Counted from the first letter of the stretch, positions 15,630 to 29,889 are shown. The stretch: DNA of 64,000 nt from Eledone cirrhosa (GCA_964016885.1 OZ024765.1:15624001-15688000), one strand, 5' to 3'. Made by a program: numbers and translations. The notes: generated by a model from the sequence alone, not told the origin.

Positions 15630-16496
15630 TATCAACAACAACAGCAATATACAAACCAACAACAGCAATATAATCACCACCAACACCAACAACAACAACA
15701 ACACAAACAACAGCAATATAATCACCACCAACACCAACAACACCACCAACAACAACACCAACGACAGCAATATAATCACCACCAACACCACCACCAACAA
15801 CAACAACAACACAAACAACAGCAATATAATCACCACCAACACCACCAACAACAACACCAACACAAACAACAGCAATATAATCACCACCAACACCACCACC
15901 AACAACAACAACAACACAAACAACAGCAATATAATCACCACCAACACCACCAACAACAACACCAACACAAACAACAGCAATATAATCACCACCAACACCA
16001 CCACCAACAACAACAACAACACAAACAACAGCAATATAATCACCACCAACACCACCAACAACAACACCAACACAAACAACAGCAATATAATCACCACCAA
16101 CACCACCACCAACAACAACAACAACACAAACAACAGCAATATAATCACCACCAACACCACCAACAACAACACCAACACAAACAACAGCAATATAATCACC
16201 ACCAACACCAACAACAACAACACCAACAACAGCAATATAATCACCACCAACACCACCACCAACACCAACAACAACACCAACAACAGCAATATAATCACCA
16301 CCAACACCACCAACAACAACACCAACACAAACAACAGCAATATAATCACCACCAACACCAACAACAACAACACCAACAACAGCAATATAATCACCACCAA
16401 CACCACCACCAACACCAACAACAACACCAACAACAGCAATATAATCACCACCAACACCACCACCAACAACAACAACAACACCAACAACAGCAATAT

Positions 16497-16528
<32 letters not shown>

Positions 16529-16598
16529 CAAACAACAGCAATATAATCACCACCAACACCACCACCAACAACACCAACAACACCAACAACAGCAATAT

Positions 16599-16630
<32 letters not shown>

Positions 16631-16780
16631 GAAACAACAGCAATATAATCACCACCAACACCACCACCAACAACACCAACAACAGCAATATAACCACCAC
16701 CACCAACAACAACAACACCAACAACAACGATAACAACACCAACAACAACACGAAGACAAACACGACCAACAGCAATGTTA
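15630..16780. repeat. Minisatellite aacagcaatataatcaccaccaacacc+(aac)n, ~48-57-bp units
   Basis: Motif recurs more than 20 times. Confidence 0.9.
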
Positions 16781-16897
16781 ATATCAACAATATTTACCAT
16801 CAAACATTACAGCCCTAGCAATGTAAAGATTGCAATGTCTAAAGTTGTCAAATATTTTGTCATGTTGACTCTCTGTCACAATATTAGGTTCTGGGTA

Positions 16898-18812
16898 CAC
16901 GTGTCTGTGGAAAACCAGTCACTTAGAATATTATACCAGATGGACTGTACATTTAATTATAAAGACTCGTCTTGTCACATACTGTGTCACTGAATCTCCC
17001 TGAGAACGTGTCTCTGTAGAAACCAGCCACTTAGAATAGTATACCAGATGGGCTGTACATTTAATTATAAAGACTCGTCTTGTCACATACTGTGTCACTG
17101 AATCTCCCTGAGAACGTGTCTCTGTAAAAACCAGCCACTTAGAATAGTATACCAGATGGACTGTACATGTAATTAAAAAGACTCGTCTTGTCACATACTG
17201 TGTCACTGAATCTCCCTGAGAACGTGTCTCTGTAGAAACCAGCCACTTAGAATATTATACCAGATGGACTGTACATGTAATTAAAAAGACTCGTCTTGTC
17301 ACATACTGTGTCACTGAATCTCCCTGAGAACGTGTCTCTGTAAAAACCAGTCACTTAGAATATTATACCAGATGGACTGTACATGTAATTAAAAAGACTC
17401 GTCTTCTCACATACTGTGTCACTGAATCTCCCTGAGAACGTGTCTCTGTAGAAACCAGCCACTTAGAATATTATACCAGATGGACTCTACATGTAATTAT
17501 AAAGACTCGTCTTGTCACATACTGTGTCACTGAATCTCCCTGAGAACGTGTCTCTGTAGAAACCAGCCACTTAGAATATTATACCAGATGGACTCTACAT
17601 GTAATTATAAAGACTCGTCTTGTCACACACTGTGTCACTGAATCTCCCTGAGAACGTGTCTCTGTAGAAACCAGCCACTTAGAATATTATACCAGATGGA
17701 CTGTACATATAATTAAAAAGACTCGTCTCGTCACATACTGTGTCACTGAATCTCCCTGAGAACGTGTCTCTGTAGAAACCAGCCACTTAGAATAGTATAC
17801 CAGATGGACTGTACATTTAATTATAAAGACTCGTCTTGTCACATACTGTGTCACTGAATCTCCCTGAGAACGTGTCTCTGGAGAAACCAGTCACTTAGAA
17901 TATTATACCAGATGGACTGTACATTTAATTATAAAGACTCGTCTTGTCACATACTGTGTCACTGAATCTCCCTGAGAACGTGTCTCTGTAGAAACCAGCC
18001 ACTTAGAATAGTATACCAGATGGACTGTACATTTAATTATAAAGACTCGTCTTGTCACATACTGTGTCACTGAATCTCCCTGAGAACGTGTCTCTGTAGA
18101 AACCAGCCACTTAGAATAGTATACCAGATGGACTGTACATTTAATTATAAAGACTCGTCTTGTCACACACTGTGTCACTGAATCTCCCTGAGAACGTGTC
18201 TCTGGAGAAACCAGCCACTTAGAATATTATACCAGATGGACTGTACATTTAATTATAAAGACTCGTCTTGTCACATACTGTGTCACTGAATCTCCCTGAG
18301 AACGTGTCTCTGTAAAAACCAGTCACTTAGAATATTATACCAGATGGACTGTACATTTAATTATAAAGACTCGTCTTGTCACACACTGTGTCACTGAATC
18401 TCCCTGAGAACGTGTCTCTGTAGAAACCAGCCACTTAGAATAGTATACCAGATGGACTGTACATTTAATTATAAAGACTCGTCTTGTCACATACTGTGTC
18501 ACTGAATCTCCCTGAGAACGTGTCTCTGGAGAAACCAGTCACTTAGAATATTATACCAGATGGACTGTACATTTAATTATAAAGACTCGTCTTGTCACAC
18601 ACTGTGTCACTGAATCTCCCTGAGAACGTGTCTCTGGAGAAACCAGCCACTTAGAATATTATACCAGATGGACTGTACATTTAATTATAAAGACTCGTCT
18701 TGTCACATACTGTGTCACTGAATCTCCCTGAGAACGTGTCTCTGTAGAAACCAGCCACTTAGAATATTATACCAGATGGACTGTACATTTAATTATAAAG
18801 ACTCGTCTTGTC
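16898..18812. repeat. Homogeneous 108-bp satellite, ~17.7 copies, with diverged monomers continuing to ~19350
   Basis: ataccagatgg at 16933, 17041, 17149...; 540-bp line periodicity. Confidence 0.95.
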
Positions 18813-19394
18813 AGAACAACGAGAATGTTGCAGGTCTTTGTTAAATATCAGCCAACTGTTCCTGTAACTCAAAGGGTCAGCCATGTTACACACTGTGTTA
18901 CACTGAATCTCCCTGAGTGTTACTTTGTGTACAGATGTTTATGGAATAATCCGCCACTTACACATGATGGACTACACTTGAGATTCAAATGGCCTTCTCA
19001 CACACTCTGTTACACGGAATCTCCCTGAGAAGACCATTAAAGGTATAGGTGTCTGTAGAATACACTGCCACATATTGTGTCACACTGATTCTGCCAGGGT
19101 ACACGTGTCTGTGGAATACTCAGCCACTTACACTGTACAAGATGAACTGTACCAGTAATTCGAAAGTCCTGTCTTGTTACATATTGTGTCACACAGATTC
19201 TGCCAAGGTACACGTGTCTGTGGAATGCTCAGCCACTTAGACTATACAAGATGGACTGTACCAGTAATTCACAGACCCCCGTCACGTTGGTTTTTCTGCC
19301 TAATAAGTATTAGGTTAAGTTTACATGTTTCTGTAGGAATACTCAACCACGTCTAAAAATCTAAAGTCTCTCTCAAGCCCTGAGTCTCATCACG

Positions 19395-19825
19395 ACACTT
19401 CTTATCCCGAGTTCCGTGATGTGTAGTGGCTGAGAGTACAAGACGCCCCCTGGACAGGACGCTAGTCAATCACAGAGTTAAACCTCCAGCTATTGCTGGT
19501 ACGCATTTACAGCTGGAGCAACGTAAATTGAAGCGTTTTGCTTCGGGACACAACACTCAGCCCAGCCCAGGAATCGAACCGAACGACATTATGCGGTGGA
19601 TTGGCAGCATCGGTAGAGGGTCGGACGCCATGCTTTCCAGCATAGTTACGTCCCTTTACGATCTGAGTTCAAATGCCGCCGAGGTTGACTTTGCCTTTCA
19701 TCCTTACGGGGTCGATAAAATAAAGTACCAGTAATGCACTGGGTAATTGCTGGCCTTGTGCCTAAAGTAGAAACGATTATGATCGTATGTCAAACAGCCT
19801 TACCACTAGGCCACGTTTCTCCACT
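19395..19825 (-). mobile_element. CORE-type SINE interrupted by a younger SINE
   Basis: Head at 19782-19825 (gtggcctagtggtaagg), B box ggttcgattcc near 19570-19580, CORE-like tgtcccgaagcaaaacgctt, tail gcgtcctgtccaggggg. Confidence 0.75.
19593..19774 (+). mobile_element. Full-length tRNA-derived SINE, attatg target-site duplication
   Basis: Full consensus; attatg at 19588 and 19776. Confidence 0.92.
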
Positions 19826-20089
19826 ACGCAACCGCTTACACGTTGTTAATTCAGGAAGACAAATGTTGGTATGAAACAGGGATGAGATAATCGTCGTCGA
19901 AATCGACGGAGGATCTATTATTACATGTAACAATCAGAGAGTTTTATGCTTCCAGCTCTGTGTAAGCTTCCTAGTCGCCATGTCTGTCTTGTAGTTTTAA
20001 ATACTGTTCTTTCGTTACAAAAAAAATATATATGGAAATAATAATGGAGTTGAAGTGGTGTCTTCTAGCTACTGTTGAAGTTGACATCC

Positions 20090-21095
20090 CCGCCACCACA
20101 TACACTACCACCACCACCACCACTATCACCACCACAGACACTACCACCACCACATACACTACCACCATCACCACTACCACTATCACCACCACAGACACTA
20201 CCACCACCACCACCACCACTATCACCACCAACAAGACTACCACCACCACAGACACTACCACCACCACCACTATCACCCCACCACCACCACCACCACTATT
20301 ACCACCAACAAGACTACCACCACCAGAGAGACTACCACCACCACCACCACTATGACCACCGACAAGACCACCACCACCACCACAGACACTACCACCACCA
20401 CCACCACCACTATGACCCCCGACAAGACTACCACCACCACAGATACTACCACCACCACCACTATCAACACCACAAACACTACCACCACCACCACCGCCAC
20501 CACCCCCATCAACACCACAAACACTACCACCACCACAAACACTACCACCACCACCAACGCCACCACCACCACCATTATCATAACAGCACCACCCCCACCA
20601 CTATCAACACCACAAACACTACCACCCCCACCACCACCCCCACCACTATCAACACCACAAACACTACCACCACCACCACCACCATTATCATAACAGCACC
20701 ACCCCCACCACTATCAACACCACAAACACTACCACCACCACCACCAGCACCACCATTATCATAACAGCACCACCCCCATCACGATCAACACCACAAACAC
20801 TACCACCACCACAGACACTACCACCACCATTATCATAACAGCACCACCCCTGCCACTATCAACACCACAAACACTACCACCACCACCACAGACACTACCA
20901 CCACCATTATCATAACAGCACTACCGCCACCATCACTAACACCGACACAAACACAGACATCACCAGCACCATTAACATCAACAACATTAACGCGAACACT
21001 ACCACTACCACCACCACCACCACCACCACCACCACCATTACCAGCACTATCCCCTCACCATCAAGCCCCACCCCGATACCACCACCGGCACCTCC
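20090..21095. repeat. (CAC)n-derived low-complexity/minisatellite field
   Basis: Visible. Confidence 0.9.
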
Positions 21096-21205
21096 TCCCC
21101 TGGCAACACTCATTATATAACAATGTCAATAGATTAAAAATAACCATTCTGTTAATAATCTGGATTAATATTAATAACAGTTATAATGATTTCATTTATT
21201 TTAGT

Positions 21206-21735
21206 AATTATTTCTACTTTTGGCACGAGGCCAGCAATTACCACAGTGTATTACTGGTACTTTATTTTATCGACCCTGTAATAATTGTTTCTACTTTTGG
21301 CCCAAGGCCAGCAATTTCTCCAGTGTATTACTGGTACTTTATTTTATCGACCCCGTAATGATTGTTCCTACTTTTGGCAGAAGGCCAGCAAATACCCCAG
21401 TGTATTACTGGTACTTTATTTTATCGACCCTGTAATAAGTGTTTCTACTTTTGGCACAAGGCCAGCAATTACCTCAGTGTATTACTATTTTATCGACCCT
21501 GTAATAATTATTTCTACTTTTGGCAGGAGACCAGCAATTAGCACCAGTGTATTACTGGTACTTTATTTTATCGACCCCATAATAATTGTTTCTACTTTAG
21601 GCACAAGGCCATCTATAACCCCAGTGCATTACTGGTACTTTATTTTATCGACGCCGTAAGGATGGAAGGCAATGTTAACCTCGGCGGGATTTGAACTCAG
21701 ACGGTAAAGGGCCATAATTCTATGCTGGAAAATAT
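21206..21735 (-). repeat. 5'-truncated SINE followed by ~5 extra tandem 3'-end units
   Basis: Same ~77-bp unit as 9269-10087; last unit continues into the B box. Confidence 0.9.
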
Positions 21736-22186
21736 AGGGACTCTCTCTCTCTCCTGCTCTTTCTCTCTCTCCCCCTCTTTCTTTCTCTCTCTCTCTCTCG
21801 CTTTCACTGTCTTTGTGTATATATATATTATATGAATAAAATCTCAACACAAATGCATGCTACTAAAGACTACAAACTTCAGCAAGATAGCACGTAGATA
21901 TTCTGTCTTCTACTTTTACTTCTCATCGGGAAAAACCAAGATGACAGAACGTTATAACTTATATATGTATCTACACACATATATATATATATATTTTTAT
22001 TTGTTTGACCCGAATCACTTGATCGTTTTTTGGGGGGCTTGCGGATGATTAGTTTAACCACCATCTCAGTGTGTTTGGCCTTTAATTCGTATGTTGTAGC
22101 TATAATTCATATGAATTATCGAGCGCTTGCCACACAACTCGGAAGTGTTTTTCGTTAATTCCTGAGCTGAAATTCGATTCTCGGTA

Positions 22187-22222
<36 letters not shown>

Positions 22223-22326
22223 CTCGGAATGGTGAACTAACTGTTGTGTTGCCTACTTCTACCAAACTCGTCCCATGGACTGAGTGCTCTACCACTAAGG
22301 ATATTACCTTCCAGTGTTCTACCTCC

Positions 22327-22457
<131 letters not shown>

Positions 22458-22491
22458 TATATGTATATGCATATATGCATATATATATTAT

Positions 22492-22692
22492 GTCGGGTCA
22501 CTCTTGAGTGCTACTGGTAACATGTAACCCAGTACAACCTGTCGCATGGTCGGGTCGTCGGCGACTAAACCGCCTACGCCACCAAGTTTACTTGGTGAGG
22601 AGGAGGATTTTGGACACCCTGCAGGACAAAAAACAAATCCTGACAAAGGGCGGAAGAACTCATAAGTCAAAAGTCATTCATAAATGTGTAAA

Positions 22693-22735
<43 letters not shown>

Positions 22736-23080
22736 ATATGTATATATGTCTATACATGTATACATGTGTATATATATGCGCGGGGACATAGAAATAACCA
22801 GGTTTGGTACCCGATCGCGTGGTTAAACCACTGGCAGTGAAGGACCACTAGCCTTTTTCAGGGTATTCTTCTAGTAGATGGCAACCCAGGAAATTGAGAT
22901 AACTCCGATATAAAACCTGCCGCTCAGTAGTTACCGATGATGTTTATCTTTTTTTCTTTTCGGGTTATAGCTACTGTCGCTCAGAGAGTGGGATTGGCTC
23001 AGTGCACAGTATTTCCTCACTTACAGAAAAAAATATTCACGCACAAGCATTGCACGATAGCATTAACTGATAATTATTAA
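22492..23080 (+). mobile_element. Unclassified interspersed element split by a (TA)n tract (copy 1)
   Basis: Homologous to 30539-30930 (gtgctactggtaacatgta.cccagtacaacctgtc...; agagagtggga.tggct). Confidence 0.7.
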
Positions 23081-23147
23081 TAATGTTATATCGTGTAATG
23101 GCCATACTCGATAACGAAGGGGCAGCCATCATATATATATATATATA

Positions 23148-23335
23148 GGGCGGTGGATTGGCAGTATCGGTAGAGGGTCGGACGCCATGCTTTCCAGCAT
23201 AGTTACGTCCCTTTACGATCTGAGTTCAAATCCCGCCGAGGTTGACTTTGCCTTTCATCCTTACGGGGTCGATACAATAAAGTACCAGTAATGCACTGGG
23301 TAATTGCTGGCCTTGTGCCTAAAGTAGAAACAATT
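23148..23335 (+). mobile_element. Full-length tRNA-derived SINE (reference copy)
   Basis: A box tggcagtatcgg, B box gagttcaaatcc; central gactttgcctttcatccttacggggtcgat..aataaagtaccag resembles the Meta/MESC SINE domain (from memory, not searched). Confidence 0.95.
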
Positions 23336-23336
23336 T

Positions 23337-23371
<35 letters not shown>

Positions 23372-23384
23372 ATGTGTGTGTATG

Positions 23385-23415
<31 letters not shown>

Positions 23416-23706
23416 CGAAACTGCAAGATGTTGAGATCTGAGGAGCATATTTTAATGTTTGTGACCTGTTCACTTTCATCCATTCTATTTCCTCCTTCTT
23501 ATCTTCTCTTCCTTCCTGTCAGTCTACTCACATCTCGCCACCCATCTCCCATTTACGCAACGTCAATTCCGTGGTATATGTGTGTGTGTGTATGTGCCTG
23601 TGTGTGCCTGTGTGTGTAAGTCTGTATGTGCCTCTGTGTGTGCCTGTGTGGTGTGCCTGTGTGTGTGTATGCCTGTGTGTGTGTGTGCATGTATGTGTGT
23701 GTGTGG

Positions 23707-23812
23707 GAATGAAAGGCAAAGTTAACCTCGGCGGGATTTGAACTCATACCGTAAAGGGCCGTAACTCTATGCTGCAAAGCATGGTGTCCGACTCTCTACC
23801 GATACTGCTAAT
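23707..23812 (-). mobile_element. 5' half of the tRNA-derived SINE
   Basis: tgaaaggcaaagttaacctcggcgggatttgaactca...accgatactgc. Confidence 0.88.
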
Positions 23813-23923
23813 CTAGAGCCCTTGACTCGATGAAATAATAACAAAGAAAACTAAGAAATAGCAAAATTGCTTCCATACGCCGTGTCTCTCCCATTTTTCT
23901 GAGAATATATATATATTTATATA

Positions 23924-24036
23924 TAGTACGTTATTCCGGGTTGAATCGGAGGTAACCACAGTAAGTAAGGTACTCAATACATTGCAGAGTATAAAAGTTT
24001 TAATATAGATGAGATTCTACAGGACTAGAACTGTTT
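23924..24036 (-). mobile_element. Interspersed repeat tail fragment (likely another Penelope-like family)
   Basis: Inverse homologue at 30356-30430; ttctacaggac..gaactgttt also at 53670. Confidence 0.55.
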
Positions 24037-24055
24037 ATATATATATATTCATATA

Positions 24056-24286
24056 TGACAAAGAAGGTGTGGTAAGATACCAGACGGACCTTAATTCACC
24101 AGAGTACTCGATACTTAGGGTAGTAGAGTGGGTAACAGGAAAAGAGTCAGGACCCCGACAGCGGAGCTCCGGCTGTTTCGACAGCTAGATCCGAACTAAC
24201 CGAGCAGTAGTTCGGATATTGCTGGGTTAGCTCGGATCTAGCTGTCGAAACGCCCGGAGCTCAGCCGTCGGGGTCCTGAATCTTTT

Positions 24287-24288
<2 letters not shown>
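24056..24288 (-). mobile_element. Family B asymmetric palindrome with ~80-bp tail
   Basis: Arms ~24137-24205 and ~24220-24289 are inverted; tail homologous to 29630-29705 and 62680-62748. Confidence 0.75.
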
Positions 24289-24319
<31 letters not shown>

Positions 24320-24359
24320 GATATTAAATAAATGGAAACTATATTTATAAAACCATATT

Positions 24360-24425
24360 TATTTCATTATATATATTTCATGGATATCATATTAAAAATA
24401 TGGTATGCCTTCATCAGACAAAATA
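24360..24425 (-). ncRNA. Hammerhead motif (family A, inverted arm)
   Basis: Mirror of 24575-24640. Confidence 0.6.
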
Positions 24426-24574
24426 CAATATAAACAGTCTTATAAATAGATAAATTTGACATACCTTACAACTTCAACTTCTATTTAAAAAGTTGATTTA
24501 AAAAGTTTTTTTTAAATGGAAGTTGAAGTTGTAAGGTATGTCAAATCTATCTATTTATAAGACTGTTTATATTG

Positions 24575-24640
24575 TATTTTGTCTGATGAAGGCATACCAT
24601 ATTTTTAATATGATATCCATGAAATATATATAATGAAATA
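24575..24640 (+). ncRNA. Hammerhead motif (family A)
   Basis: UAUUUUGU CUGAUGA AGGCAUACCAUAUU-UUU-AAUAUGAUAUCCAU GAAA UAUAUA UA AUGAAAUA; stem II imperfect. Confidence 0.62.
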
Positions 24641-24766
24641 AATATGGTTTTATAAATATAGTTTCCATTTATTTAATATCGTAAATATACTGCAAATACT
24701 TGTTGAGTGCTTTTATATCAGTTATAAATATTTATTCGTTGTAACCCAACAATTTAAATAAAACTT

Positions 24767-24806
<40 letters not shown>

Positions 24807-24807
24807 C

Positions 24808-25026
24808 AATGTTATTAAATAGATGGAAACTATATTTATAAAACCATATTTATTCTATTATATATATTTCAAGAGACCCAAAACTTTGGTACACTTTCAT
24901 CAGATAAAAAACAAAGTTTGTTTTATAAATTTTGACATAACCAAGAAAAGATACCTTAAGGGTTCAAGTTTTTCTTGGATAGTCTATCCAAGAAAAACTT
25001 GAACCGTTAGGGTATCTTTTCTTGGT
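24808..25026 (-). mobile_element. Family A fragment with a short terminal fold-back (24941-25025) and hammerhead motif at 24851-24911
   Basis: Close match to 2020-2186; ccaagaaaagatacc...ggatag|tctatcc...ggtatcttttcttgg hairpin. Confidence 0.75.
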
Positions 25027-25583
25027 CTACTAGCCATCATAGGTATTTCTTCACATTACAGACCATATACCTCCGGCTAGCGCGAACAATAACTAAAATA
25101 AGTTATTGAGATAAAAAGAATTGGGTGGAGAAAGAGAGACAGGTAAACAAACACGAATGGTGAGGCAACGTAAAGAGAGGAAAAAATGAGAAAATCAAGT
25201 CAATGATTCATTTGAACATAAGAACTTGCAAATATTGACGAGAAGGCGAGAGACACATCTTAACCGTGCGAAAGTAAGCGAGGAAAGAATTTCGCACGGT
25301 GTGGGACGGTGGAGGAAGTGGGGGAGAGGGAGAGTAGCAGAGAGTGTGTGAGTGAAAGTGTGAGGAAAGGAGTTAGCCGAGAGAGGGTGAGTGAAAGTAA
25401 GAGGGAGAAGGAGAGAGAAGGGGGAGAGAGAAAGAGGATATCAGTAAGGGAAGAGGAATAGACAGGTCACAGCGAAGGGGAAAGCATATAGGATTGAAAA
25501 ATGGCGTGCTGTGTTGTTGCATAAATGATATACAAATTAAAATGAAGAATTAGAAATAGAAGCCAGAACTATCCATCATCAGT

Positions 25584-25664
<81 letters not shown>

Positions 25665-25696
25665 TATATATATACGCGTGTCTGTGTGTGTGTTTG

Positions 25697-25728
<32 letters not shown>

Positions 25729-26237
25729 CATTCTTTTCGCGATTGTCCGGCCAAATTCCAATCGCCTTTTATGTACTAATTTTTCCAGTAAATTCTTCCA
25801 ATGTTATTAATATATTAATACATTCTATACATTAACCGTTAATGGTTTAATTATTCGTTCCGTATCCTTCAGCAAATTCTTATTTTATAATCAAACACCA
25901 ACCAGCTATTCTATTTATACTCTCCGCTACCGTTTACCCTCTCGGAATTATATTCCATTATTCTGTTATTACAGTATTGACGGAAAGTATTATGAACATA
26001 CTGGTATTCTGTCCATGCCGTTAGACCAGTTAAACTGCCGCTAATATGTGAAAGGGAAGCATTAATTTCCTTGTCACTAATTGGTCCAGTTTTTCACTTT
26101 TCGCCAGTTTCCTATTCTTATATTTCTTAAACATCTTGCCGTTGCCATACCTAATACATCATTACATGATTTTAGACACACTTTATAAGCTTCTCTATCT
26201 CTCCCACTCTCTCTCTCGCTCCCTCTCTATCTCTCTC

Positions 26238-26277
<40 letters not shown>

Positions 26278-26314
26278 TCGCTCCCTCTCTCTCTCTCTCT
26301 TTTTCTCTCTCTCT

Positions 26315-26392
<78 letters not shown>

Positions 26393-26696
26393 CTATATAT
26401 TTATCTTTATCTACATCATTCTCTCTTTCTCCCCCCCCCTCTCTCTCTATCTATCTATCTATCTATTTATCTTTATCTAGATCATTCTCTCTTTCTCTCT
26501 CTCTCCCTCTCTCTCACTCTCTCCTCTCTCTCTCTCTATATATATATATATTTATCTTTATCTAAATCATTCTCTCTTTCTCTCCCCCCCCTCTCTCTCT
26601 CTCTTTCTCTTTGTCTCTATCAATGTGTATTTATATATATATGTATCTATCTAACCATCTATCTATCTCTCTCTATATATATATGTGTGTGTTTGT

Positions 26697-26743
<47 letters not shown>

Positions 26744-26799
26744 GTGGGGTCATATATATGACATGCCTAACCATGCCATGGTATATTATGCGCTTCCAC

Positions 26800-28802
26800 G
26801 CCATACCATACCATATCACACCATACAGTGCCATACAACGCCTTACCATATCATACCATACCAAACCATACCACGCTTTATCATACCTTACCACACCATA
26901 ATATACCATACAACACCTTACCATACCAAACCATACCAGGCCTTACCATACCTTACCACACCATAATATACCATACAACACCTTACCATACCAAACCATA
27001 CCAGGCCTTATCATACCTTACCACACCATAATATACCATACAACACCTTACCATACCAAACCATACCAGGCCTTACCATACCAAACCATACCAGGCCTTA
27101 CCATACCAAACCATACCACGCCTTATCATACCTTACCACACCATAATATACCATACAACACCTTACCATACCAAACCATACCACGCCTTATCATACCTTA
27201 CCACACCATAATATACCATACAACACCTTACCATACCAAACCATACCACGCCTTATCATACCTTACCACACCATAATATACCATACAACACCTTACCATA
27301 CCAAACCATACCAGGCCTTACCATACCAAACCATACCAGGCCTTACCATACCAAACCATACCACGCCTTACCATACCTTACCATACCATAATATACCATA
27401 CAACACCTTACCATACCAAACCATACCAGGCCTTATAATACCTTACCACACCATAATATACCATACAACACCTTACCATACCAAACCATACCAGGCCTTA
27501 TAATACCTTACCACACCATAATATACCATACAACACCTTACCATACCAAACCATACCAGGCCTTATAATACCTTACCACACCATAATATACCATACAACA
27601 CCTTACCATACCAAACCATACCACGCCTTATCATACCTTACCACACCATAATATACCATACAACACCTTACCATACCAAACCATACCAGGCCTTATAATA
27701 CCTTACCACACCATAATATACATACAACACCTTACCATACCAAACCATACCACGCCTTATCATACCTTACCACACCATAATATACCATACAACACCTTAC
27801 CATACCAAACCATACCAGGCCTTATAATACCTTACCACACCATAATATACCATACAACACCTTACCATACCAAACCATACCAGGCCTTACCATACCTTAC
27901 CACACCATAATATACCATACAACACCTTACCATACCAAACCATACCAGGCCTTACCATACCAAACCATACCAGGCCTTACCATACCAAACCATACCAGGC
28001 CTTACCATACCAAACCATACCAGGCCTTACCATACCAAACCATACCAGGCCTTACCATACCAAACCATACCAGGCCTTATCATACCTTACCACACCATAA
28101 TATACCATACAACACCTTACCATACCAAACCATACCACGCCTTATCATACCTTACCACACCATAATATACCATACAACACCTTACCAAACCAAACCATAC
28201 CAGGCCTTACCATACCAAACCATACCAGGCCTTACCATACCAAACCATACCAGGCCTTACCATACCAAACCATACCAGGCCTTACCATACCAAACCATAC
28301 CAGGCCTTACCATACCAAACCATACCAGGCCTTATCATACCTTACCACACCATAATATACCATACAACACCTTACCATACCAAACCATACCACGCCTTAT
28401 CATACCTTACCACACCATAATATACCATACAACACCTTACCATACCAAACCATACCAGGCCTTACCATACCAAACCATACCAGGCCTTACCATACCAAAC
28501 CATACCAGGCCTTATCATACCTTACCACACCATAATATACCATACAACACCTTACCATACCAAACCATACCACGCCTTATCATACCTTACCACACCATAA
28601 TATACCATACAACACCTTACCATACCAAACCATACCAGGCCTTACCATACCAAACCATACCAGGCCTTACCATACCAAACCATACCAGGCCTTACCATAC
28701 CAAACCATACCAGGCCTTATCATACCTTACCACACCATAATATACCATACAACACCTTACCATACCAAACCATACCAGGCCTTACCATACCAAACCATAC
28801 CA
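26800..28802. repeat. (CCATA)n-based higher-order repeat mixing 25-bp and 60-bp units
   Basis: ccttaccataccaaaccataccagg and its 60-bp extension alternate. Confidence 0.93.
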
Positions 28803-28994
28803 TTCACTTGTTAATATTACTATCCCTAGGTCACGACCTGTCATATATTTCCTTCTAATCCTCACCACCAAAACATTAAGTGATCCTAAATCCTACCACA
28901 TCCTCGTTAACACATACCTGAGATTAATCCTCTCACTATGTACAAGTTATTAATATAGTAATATTATTAGAAGAATTTACTGGAATAATTGGTA

Positions 28995-29552
28995 GAGAAA
29001 TGGCGGACACACACAGAGAAATGGCGGACACACACATCACACAGAAATGGCGGACACACACAGCTAGACAGAAATGGCGGACACACACAGCACACAGAAA
29101 TGGCGGACACACACAGCTAGACAGAAATGGCGGACACACACAGCTAGACAGAAATGGCGGACGCACACAGCTAGACAGAAATGGCGGACACACACAGCAC
29201 ACAGAAATGGCGGACACACACAGCTAGACAGAAATGGCGGACACACACAGCTAGACAGAAATGGCGGACACACACAGCACACAGAAATGGCGGACACACA
29301 CAGCTAGACAGAAATGGCGGGGACACACAGCTAGACAGAAATGGCGGACACACACAGCTAGACAGAAATGGCGGACACACACAGCACACAGAAATGGCGG
29401 ACACACACAGCTAGACAGAAATGGCGGACACACACAGCACACAGAAATGGCGGACACACACAGCTAGACAGAAATGGCGGGGACAGACACACACAGCACA
29501 CAGAAATGGCGGACACACACAGAGAAATGGCGGACACACACAGCTAGACAGC
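28995..29552. repeat. 26/27-bp minisatellite acagaaatggcggacacacacagc(tag/ac)
   Basis: About 20 copies. Confidence 0.93.
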
Positions 29553-29703
29553 TAGATCCGAACGGATCCGTTCGGATCTAGCTGTCGAAACAGCCGGAGC
29601 TCGGCCGTGGGGGTCCTGAATCTTTTCATATTACCCACTCTACTACCCCTAGTATCGAGTACAGTTGGTTATGGCCTACTTCAGTTTTAGCACACTCTAC
29701 CTG

Positions 29704-29705
<2 letters not shown>
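29547..29705 (+). mobile_element. Family B element with short 5' fold-back
   Basis: gacagctagatccgaacgga|tccgttcggatctagctgtc palindrome, then gaaacagccggagctcggccgt and tail. Confidence 0.75.
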
Positions 29706-29763
<58 letters not shown>

Positions 29764-29889
29764 ATCTTTTTAACCTGTTAGCTTTTTCGTTACTTTGGTA
29801 TTGTGCGTTTGGTTTTGCCTACCACAATGTTCAATTTGTTAAGCTATTTAAATGTATGTTATTACTCTAAGGACCCTGAATACTCTAAG

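Larger units (their letters stand above)
24318..24770 (+). mobile_element. Family A asymmetric palindrome (~170-bp arms plus ~90-bp tail) in (TA)n
   Basis: 24318-24488 is the reverse complement of ~24510-24682. Confidence 0.85.

Noticed and set aside
15508-16818. Asn/Thr-rich and Val/Gly-rich ~400-aa ORFs resembling mucin or structural proteins
   Set aside because: Open on both strands because units are multiples of 3; no signal peptide or splice context seen.
23148-23235. tRNA gene
   Set aside because: A and B boxes belong to a SINE head; no cloverleaf, and it continues into SINE body.
26800-28802. Telomere-like repeat
   Set aside because: Based on CCATA/CCTTA pentamers in higher-order units, not a clean TTAGGG or TTAGG array.
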